Source: an uncultured Actinomycetes bacterium (GTDB lineage Bacteria > Actinomycetota > Thermoleophilia > Gaiellales > JALYLC01). From it: a DNA stretch of 64,000 nucleotides. The position numbers and the translations under genes were made by a program. A model generated the notes under the pieces. It did no database searches, had not been told where the DNA came from, and saw only the letters and a program-made list of their open reading frames with translations. Below are positions 57,999 to 64,000 of this stretch, piece by piece. Location of the stretch: positions 1,393,897 to 1,457,896 of the forward strand of contig OY970326.1 in the NCBI GenBank assembly GCA_963717155.1. The letters are read 5' to 3'. The number at the start of each line of letters is the position of its first letter. Within the stretch, counting starts at the first letter, position 1.

Positions 57999-58674
57999 GT
58001 GGCCTGGCCTGAAGACCAGCTCGTGCTGCCGTCGATCCTCGCGTCGGACTTCGGCGCGTTCCGCGCGCAGGTGCGAGAGCTCCTCGACGCCGGGGCGCGA
58101 GCCTTCCACTGCGACGTGATGGACGGGCACTTCGTGCCACCGATCACGTTCGGGCCGGGCGTCGTCGCCTCGATCGCGGACCAGGTCCACGCCGTCGGCG
58201 GCGTGCTCGACGTGCATCTCATGATCGAACGGCCCGAGCGCCAGCTCGCCGATTTCGCGAAGGCCGGCGCCGACTCGTGCACGCTGCACGTCGAGGCCTG
58301 CCCGAACCTCCACCGTGCGATCGTGGAAGCCCACGAGCTCGGGATCCGGGCCGGCGTGACCCTGAACCCCGCGACGTCGCTCTCGGGGATCGCCGACGCG
58401 ATCCGGTATGCCGACCACGTGCTCTGCATGTCGGTCGATCCGGGCTGGGGTGGCCAGGTCTTCATCGAGGAGTCGCTCGAGCGTCTCCGCGAGCTGCGGG
58501 TGCGCCTGCTTCCCGGCATGGGGCTCGAGGTCGACGGAGGCGTCGGGCCGAACAACGCGGGCCAGTGCGCCGACTGCCGGCGCCAACCTGATCGTCGCGG
58601 GCTCGGCGATCTACGGCCAGCCGTCACCAGGAGACGCCTACCGCGCGATCGTCGCGGCCGCCGGCTTCGCATGA
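57999..58674 (+). CDS. rpe: ribulose-phosphate 3-epimerase (one frameshift near 58575)
   Basis: LPSILASDF, FHCDVMDGHFVPPITFG, LDVHLM, LCMSVDPGWGGQ and LEVDGGV are followed in the neighbouring frame by GANLIVAGSAIY. Confidence 0.87.
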
Positions 58675-59738
58675 CGGGCGACGACGCCCGCTTCCTCGAG
58701 CGAACGCTCGAGCTCGCCGAGCGTGGCCGGTTCACGGCGAGCCCGAACCCCGTCGTCGGATGCGTGATCGTCCGCGACGGCGAGGTGCTCGGCGAGGGGT
58801 GGCACGTCCGTCCCGGCGAGCGCCACGCGGAGACGAACGCGTTGCTGGCCTGCACCGCAGGAGCGCACGGTGCGACCGCGTACGTGTCGCTCGAGCCCTG
58901 CTCGCACCACGGTCGTCAACCGCCGTGTGCCGACGCGCTGATCGAGGCCGGGATCGCACGGGTCGTCAGCGCGGCGGGCGATCCGTCGGCGAAGGTCGGC
59001 GGGAAGGGCTTCGAGCGCCTGCGCGCCGCGCGCGTCGAGGTCGAGGTCGCGACCGGCGACCTGGAGCGGCGCGCTCGGCGTCAGAACGCTGCGTTTCGCA
59101 CGCACACCGTCCACGGGCGACCCTTCGTGCTGCTCAAGCTCGCCGCGTCGCTCGACGGGCGCACCGCAACGGCGGCGGGCGAGAGCCGCTGGATCTCGTC
59201 GCCCGAGAGCCGCCAGCTCGTCCACGACTGGCGAGCCTCGATGGACGCAGTGGCGGTGGGCAGCGGGACGGCGCTCGCGGACGATCCGGGTCTCGACGCG
59301 CGCGACCTGGAGCCCCCGGCCGAGCGCCAGCCGCTGCGCGTCGTGTTCGACCGTCGCGGACGGTTGCGCCAGGGACTCAAGCTTGCGACGTCAGGGACGT
59401 TGAGGGTGGCGCCGGCGGGCGCACCGCCGCCGCCGGCCGGCGTCGAGCGCCTCGATGCGAACACCCCCGACGAAGCGCTGCGCGCGCTCGGCGAGCGGGG
59501 CGTGACGTCGCTGCTGGTCGAGGGGGGCGCCGAGCTCGCGGCCGGGCTGCTGCGAGCCGGAGTGGTGGACTCGATCGCGCTCTTCGTGGCGCCGATGATG
59601 CTCGGCGGCGACGGGCGGGCGATGCTCGGGCGACTCGGGATCGAGGCGCTCGCGGACGCGCCGAGACTGCGCGACCTGCGAGCGCGCCCCGTGGGTCCGG
59701 ACCTGCTGGTCGAGGCGGAGCTGCGCGAGATCCCGTAA
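58671..59738 (+). CDS. ribD: bifunctional diaminohydroxyphosphoribosylaminopyrimidine deaminase / 5-amino-6-(5-phosphoribosylamino)uracil reductase
   Basis: The ATG at 58671 overlaps the rpe stop. Motifs are NPVVGCVIV, HAETNAL, YVSLEPCSHHGRQPPC (deaminase zinc motif), KLAASLDGR and LLVEGGAELA. Confidence 0.9.
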   Translation: MTGDDARFLERTLELAERGRFTASPNPVVGCVIVRDGEVLGEGWHVRPGERHAETNALLACTAGAHGATAYVSLEPCSHHGRQPPCADALIEAGIARVVSAAGDPSAKVGGKGFERLRAARVEVEVATGDLERRARRQNAAFRTHTVHGRPFVLLKLAASLDGRTATAAGESRWISSPESRQLVHDWRASMDAVAVGSGTALADDPGLDARDLEPPAERQPLRVVFDRRGRLRQGLKLATSGTLRVAPAGAPPPPAGVERLDANTPDEALRALGERGVTSLLVEGGAELAAGLLRAGVVDSIALFVAPMMLGGDGRAMLGRLGIEALADAPRLRDLRARPVGPDLLVEAELREIP

Positions 59739-59777
59739 GGCACGAGCGCGACCCGGAGACGGGTCGTGGGGCCAGAA

Positions 59778-60144
59778 GCCGGTCCTCGGAAAAGACGCAG
59801 GTCGGGAGCGTGGTTCTCGGGACCTGACGTGGGTCCCGTAAGGCGCTACGCAGGCGTATTCGATCCGTCGCAACCGTGTTAGCGGTTAGGCCGCCCACGA
59901 AATAATCGACCAGGATCCACAGGTGGCGAGGGTTCGAAAGATCCACAGGTCGCGCGTTCGAAGCTTTCGTGCTCAACCTGGATTCCTTCGACCCCTCGCC
60001 ACCTGAGATCTTCGTGGCCCATATCTTGGCGGCCTGGCCGCTAACACCATTTCGACGGATCGAAGACGTCTGCGCTGCGCCGTACGGGACCATGGCCAGG
60101 TTCCGAGAACCACGCTCCCGACCTGCGTCTTTTCCGAGGATGGC
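59778..60144 (+). repeat. long-hairpin MITE-like repeat, copy C (367 bp), between ribD and ribE
   Basis: The left end ...CCTCGGAAAAGACGCAGGTCGGGAGCGTGGTTCTCGGGACC is an almost perfect reverse complement of the right end GGTTCCGAGAACCACGCTCCCGACCTGCGTCTTTTCCGAGG. The core has 2 forward and 2 reverse GATCCACAGGT-type subrepeats. It is homologous to copies A and B. Confidence 0.85.
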
Positions 60145-60163
60145 ACCGGCCTCACGCGCCTGG

Positions 60164-60192
60164 TCGACATGGCCGAGCGGGCCCTCTATAAG
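60164..60192 (+). promoter_or_regulatory. candidate promoter for ribE-ribBA-ribH (TCGACA-17 nt-TATAAG), predicting a leaderless ribE mRNA
   Basis: The -35 is 5/6 to TTGACA, the spacer is 17 nt, and the -10 is TATAAG. The -10 ends 8 nt before the ribE GTG at 60201. The intervening CTCCTCCC is not a Shine-Dalgarno sequence. Confidence 0.35.
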
Positions 60193-60200
60193 CTCCTCCC

Positions 60201-60785
60201 GTGTTCACAGGAATCGTCGAGGAGCTCGGCGAGGTCGTCGAGCTCTCGGTCACGACTGACGGGAGCCCGGCTGACGATCCGCGCACCCCGGCTCGCTCCA
60301 CTCGCCGGGATCGGCGACTCGATCAGCATCTCGGGCTGCTGCCTCACCGTCGTCTCGGCGACGACAGCCTGCTTCGCTTCGAGGCGGTGCCGGAGACCCT
60401 CGCTCGCACGTCGCTCGGGAAGCTCGCGGTCGGGAGCCGCGTCAACCTCGAGGACGCGCTTCGCGCCGGCGAGCCGTTCGGGGGCCATCTCGTGCAGGGG
60501 CACGTCGACGGCGTCGGCGAGATCTCCGAGATCCGGCCGGAGGGCGACGGGTACCGGATCGCGGTCCGCATCCCCGCCGATCTCTTGCGCTACGTCGCGG
60601 AGAAGGGCTCCGTCGCCGTCGCCGGGATCAGCCTGACAGTCGCAGCGCTGCGCGACGACGGATTCGAGGTCGCGCTGATCCCGCATACGTGGACATCGAC
60701 CACCGTCTCGGACCTGGAGGTAGGGGATCCGGTCAATCTCGAGGTCGACGTGATCGCCAAGTACGTCGAGCGCCTCCTCCCCTGA
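60201..60785 (+). CDS. ribE: riboflavin synthase (alpha chain); ORF looks intact but contains a compensated frameshift pair (about 60258 and 60358)
   Basis: [12 protein letters not shown] and the C-terminal [16 protein letters not shown]...[12 protein letters not shown]...IPHT are in frame. The canonical first-barrel motif RLTIRAP...[15 protein letters not shown] is encoded only in the +1 frame between the two junctions. Confidence 0.87.
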   Translation: MFTGIVEELGEVVELSVTTDGSPADDPRTPARSTRRDRRLDQHLGLLPHRRLGDDSLLRFEAVPETLARTSLGKLAVGSRVNLEDALRAGEPFGGHLVQGHVDGVGEISEIRPEGDGYRIAVRIPADLLRYVAEKGSVAVAGISLTVAALRDDGFEVALIPHTWTSTTVSDLEVGDPVNLEVDVIAKYVERLLP

Positions 60786-60801
60786 AAAGGGCGCTGGTAG
60801 C

Positions 60802-62119
60802 ATGACCGCCACGGTAACCCCCACTGGGAGCCCTCTTGGACACCGAACGTCAGCTCGCCGTTCTGCCCGATCGAAGAGGCCATCGCGGCCGTTCGCGCGC
60901 GGCGAGCTGGTCGTGGTCTGCGATTCGCCCGATCGTGAGAACGAGGGCGACCTCTGCATGGCTGCCGAGCTCGTGACGCCCGAGGCGATCAACTTCATGG
61001 CCACCCACGGCCGCGGGCTGATCTGCCTCACGCTGACGCCCGAACGGTGCGACGAGCTCGGGTTGCGGCTGATGGTCTCGCACAACCAGTCGACGTACGA
61101 GACCGCGTTCACCGTCTCGATCGAGGCCCGCGAGGGAATCGACACGGGCATCTCGGCCGGTGATCGCGCCCGCACCATCAAGGTCGCGGCGGATCCGACG
61201 ATGGGCGCGCGCGACATCGTGCAGCCCGGCCATGTCTTCCCGTTGCGAGCGCGTCCCGGCGGCACGCTCGAGCGCGCGGGGCAGACCGAGGGATCCGTCG
61301 ACCTCGCCCGCCTCGCCGGTCTCACCCCGGCCGGCGTGATCTGCGAGGTCATGAAGGACGACGGCACGATGGCCCGGGTTCCCGACCTCGTGGAGTTCTG
61401 CGAGCGCCACGAGCTCAAGCTGTGCTCGGTCGCAGACCTCATCGCGTACCGCCGCCGCACGGAGAAGCTCGTCGAGCGCCAGGCCGAGGTGCTGCTCCCG
61501 ACCGAGCATGGCGAGTTCCGCGCGGTCGGGCTTCCGCTCGAAGGTCGACAACAAGCACCATCTCGCACTGATCAAGGGCGACGTCGACGGCGTCCCCGAC
61601 GTGCTCGTGCGCGTGCACTCGGAGTGCGTGACGGGCGACGTGTTCGGGTCGCAGCGCTGCGACTGCGGCCCCCAGCTCGAGCAGGCGCTGCGCCAGATCG
61701 AGGCGGAGGGTCGCGGCGTGCTGCTGTACCTGGCACAGGAGGGCCGGGGGATCGGCCTGCTCAACAAGCTCCGCGCCTACGAGCTGCAGGATGGCGGCCT
61801 CGACACGGTCCAGGCCAACCTCGAGCTGGGGTTCCCGGCCGACCTGCGCGACTACGGCGTCGGAGCCCAGATCCTCACCGACCTCGGTCTGACGACCATC
61901 CGCCTGCTGACCAACAACCCGCGCAAGATCGTCGGACTCGAGGGCCACGGCCTGCACGTCACGGCGACGGTGCCGATCGAGGTGCAGCCGCAGGAGCACA
62001 ACCTCCGCTACCTGCGGGTCAAGCGCGACAAGCTCGGCCACGTCCTGCACCACCAGGATCTCCGCCTCGAGGACGCACCGCTGCAGCGCGAGCCGGAGCC
62101 CACACCGCACCCGACGTGA
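60802..62119 (+). CDS. ribBA: bifunctional 3,4-dihydroxy-2-butanone-4-phosphate synthase / GTP cyclohydrolase II (about 3 frameshifts near 60840, 60895 and 61545)
   Basis: [11 protein letters not shown] is in the neighbouring frame. [35 protein letters not shown] and [27 protein letters not shown] are in the frame of 60802. The GCH-II part [25 protein letters not shown]...[14 protein letters not shown] is in track ORF 61508..62119. Confidence 0.87.
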
Positions 62120-62637
62120 CCTCGGCGACGCACGGCGACGGAATCCTGGTTGCGCCGTCCGGGTCGTCGCTGGTCGCCGATGCCGACCTGCCAGCCGGCG
62201 CCCGCGTCGCGATCGTCGCGAGCCGGTACCACTCCGAGATCGTCCAGCGACTGCTCGACGGCGCGCTGCAGGCCGTGGCGGAGGCCGGCCTCGAGCCGGC
62301 GCGCGTCGACGTCCTGCCTGCCGCGGGCGCGTTCGAGCTCGGCCTGCTCGCCCGTGCGGCGGCGCTCTCGGGCCGCTACACCGCGGTCGCCGCGCTCGGC
62401 TGTGTGATCCGCGGCGACACCCCGCACTTCGAGTACGTGTGCTCCGAGGCGTCGCGGGCGATGACGCTCGCCGCGCTCGACAGCGGCGTGCCCGTCGGGT
62501 TCGGGCTGATCACCTGCGATACGCCCGAGCAGGCCTGGGAGCGCGCCGGGGGCGCCGCCGGCAACAAGGGTGCCGAGGCGACCGCCGCGGCGCTCGCGTC
62601 GGCGCGCACGCTCGCAGCGCTTCGCGGGGCGAGCTGA
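62116..62637 (+). CDS. ribH: 6,7-dimethyl-8-ribityllumazine synthase
   Basis: The GTG at 62116 overlaps the ribBA stop. Motifs are [47 protein letters not shown] and GFGLITCDT. Confidence 0.87.
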   Translation: MTSATHGDGILVAPSGSSLVADADLPAGARVAIVASRYHSEIVQRLLDGALQAVAEAGLEPARVDVLPAAGAFELGLLARAAALSGRYTAVAALGCVIRGDTPHFEYVCSEASRAMTLAALDSGVPVGFGLITCDTPEQAWERAGGAAGNKGAEATAAALASARTLAALRGAS

Positions 62638-62640
62638 GCG

Positions 62641-63057
62641 ATGGAAGACGGCTTCACCCGGGCTCACATCGACCTGCAACGGCGATCGGCTGATCCCGAT
62701 CCGCCGGGAGCTCGGCATCTCGACGTTCGGCGTGAACCTGATCGCACTGGAGCCACGGCAGCGCCAGCGCATCCACCGCCACCACGCGCAGGAAGAGGCC
62801 TACATCGTCCTCGAGGGCACGCTGACGCTCGTGATCGAGGGCGAGGAGCACGATCCTCGGGCCCTTCGACGCGATCCGCGTCGCCCCGGCGCTGCGTCGC
62901 CAGCTCGATGAACCGCGGAACCGAGCGGGTGCTCGTCATGGCGCTCGGCGGCTCGGCCGAGCATCTCGGCCGCGATGGGGAGGCCTTCGCGAGCTGGGAC
63001 GATGTCGAGGGCCGACCGCCCCCGGAGCTTCCGCTACCCGAGGATCTGCCGGCCTGA
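62641..63057 (+). CDS. cupin domain protein (about 2 frameshifts)
   Basis: FGVNLIALEPRQRQRIHRHHAQEEAYIVLEGTLTLVIEGEEH (cupin motif 1, H.H...E) is in one frame. The N-terminal MEDGFTRAHIDL and the C-terminal RVAPALRRQL.NRGTERVLVMALGG are in the frame of 62641. Confidence 0.55.
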   Translation: MEDGFTRAHIDLQRRSADPDPPGARHLDVRREPDRTGATAAPAHPPPPRAGRGLHRPRGHADARDRGRGARSSGPSTRSASPRRCVASSMNRGTERVLVMALGGSAEHLGRDGEAFASWDDVEGRPPPELPLPEDLPA

Positions 63058-63062
63058 ACCGC

Positions 63063-63254
63063 TCAGAGCGCCTTCGAGACCTTTCCGGCCTTGAGACAGC
63101 GCGTGCAGACGTATGCGCGGCGGGCGACGCCGTCGATCAGGATCCGCATCTTCTGCAGGTTCGGATCGAAGCGACGGCGCGTGGCCACCATCGAATGGCT
63201 CCGGTTGTTACCGAAGCCCGGGTGGCGACCGCAGAGAGAGCAGACCTTGGACAT
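63063..63254 (-). CDS. rpmB: 50S ribosomal protein L28
   Basis: This is the last 63 aa of track ORF 63063..63626(-): MSKVCSLCGRHPGFGNNRSHSMVATRRRFDPNLQKMRILIDGVARRAYVCTRCLKAGKV, a canonical L28 sequence. Confidence 0.92.
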   Translation of the reverse strand: MSKVCSLCGRHPGFGNNRSHSMVATRRRFDPNLQKMRILIDGVARRAYVCTRCLKAGKVSKAL

Positions 63255-63369
63255 GAAAGCGTGTTCCTGTGTTCGGGACCGCGCAAGACCGCTTGCCGGC
63301 CTCACAACGACCGCATTATGCTCGATCTCGGCCAGTGGGGGAGATGACGACGACGATGAGCGGTCCGCG

Positions 63370-64000
63370 GTGAGTGCCACACAGGGCCAGGCCTCCGTGC
63401 TCGCCGCGGTCGAGACCGCCAGCGCGACCCTCGAGTCGGCCCGGCGCAGGATCGACGACCTGAACGTCTTCCCCGTCCCCGATGGCGACACGGGGACGAA
63501 CATGGCGCGGACCGTGCAGGCCCTGGCCGCTGCGCTCGCGGCGCTCGGCCCCGCCGACGCGACACGGCAGGCCGAGACCGCGACCCGCGCCGCGCTGATG
63601 GGGGCTCGCGGCAACTCCGGGATCATCCTGTCGCAGGTCGTGCGGGGCGCCGCCGTCGAGCTCGCGCGCGACGGTCGCTTCGACGGGGCCGCGGTCGCTC
63701 GGGCACTCGCCGCGGCCAGCGATGCGGCCTACGCGGCGGTCGCGGTGCCCGTCGAGGGAACGATGCTGACGGTCATCCGGGAGATGGCTCGCGGCGCCGA
63801 TGCGGCGCGAGACGGCGGTGCGGAGCGCGCCCTCGAGGCCGCCCTCGCAGAGGGCGAGCGGGCGCTCGCTCGCACGCCCGAGCTGCTGCCGCGACTGCGC
63901 GAGGCCGGCGTCGTCGACGCGGGGGGCGCCGGGCTCGTCGAGCTTCTCCGCGGCCTGCTCGCCGGCGTCCGCGGCGAGCCGGCGCCGCCGCCGCTCGGCG
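63370..64000 (+). CDS. DAK2 domain-containing protein (YloV-like), 3' end beyond the window
   Basis: GTG at 63370, not in the track because the frame runs off the window. DDLNVFPVPDGDTGTNM, ALMGARGNSGIILSQV, VPVEGTMLTVIRE and AGVVDAGGAGL are Dak2/YloV motifs. It is divergent from rpmB, as in many Gram-positive genomes. Confidence 0.8.
   Translation, partial: MSATQGQASVLAAVETASATLESARRRIDDLNVFPVPDGDTGTNMARTVQALAAALAALGPADATRQAETATRAALMGARGNSGIILSQVVRGAAVELARDGRFDGAAVARALAAASDAAYAAVAVPVEGTMLTVIREMARGADAARDGGAERALEAALAEGERALARTPELLPRLREAGVVDAGGAGLVELLRGLLAGVRGEPAPPPLG

Noticed and set aside
4132-60144. The possibility that the three repeated elements form a CRISPR array or are prophage att sites.
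   Set aside because: The copies are 25-30 kb apart and ~365 bp long. They are internally palindromic, with no short regularly spaced repeats and no cas, integrase or phage genes in the intervening housekeeping DNA.
59739-60200. An FMN (RFN) riboswitch in the ribD-ribE spacer.
   Set aside because: The spacer is filled by hairpin-repeat copy C, whose sequence is shared with non-rib loci. I could not find the conserved RFN core segments by eye. This still needs cmsearch confirmation.

Overview
This is a 64-kb, very GC-rich (about 70-75 % by eye) chromosomal core segment with an Actinomycetota-like gene order. I cannot place it more precisely without searches. I support about 65 protein genes and found no rRNA, tRNA, CRISPR array, integrase, transposase or recognisable defence system. 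The content is mostly housekeeping:
- murA.
- A division cluster, yggS-sepF...proC-yggT-divIVA-yggU-lspA-rluD.
- rpsB-tsf-pyrH-frr-uppS-cdsA-dxr-rseP-ispG.
- dnaE, scpA-scpB-rluB, DAHP synthase-tyrA-aroA, cmk-plsC-der-gpsA and metK.
- priA-def-fmt-rsmB-rpe-ribD-ribE-ribBA-ribH, then rpmB and a DAK2 (yloV-like) gene.

The most unusual signal is a family of ~365-bp long-hairpin (MITE-like) repeats. Three copies are present (4132-4494, 33506-34005, 59778-60144), and I do not recognise them as any named element. Accessory-looking insertions in otherwise conserved synteny are:
- A 1054-aa Asp-box/BNR beta-propeller protein between rseP and ispG.
- A permease / GS-like / PuuD-like polyamine module plus a low-complexity secreted protein between sepF and proC.
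- A four-gene block between metK and priA.

One major caveat applies. Many essential genes (rpsB, tsf, pyrH, uppS, cdsA, dxr, rseP, ispG, dnaE, tyrA, cmk, der, gpsA, metK, rpe, ribE, ribBA and others) are split over two or more frames by single-base shifts, in patches. Other long genes are intact. This most likely reflects indel errors in the assembly, so I call these genes CDS and note the frameshifts rather than calling them pseudogenes. Junction coordinates are approximate. All product calls rest on motif recognition by eye, with no database search. Many long R/A/P-rich ORFs in the track are shadow ORFs of the real genes.
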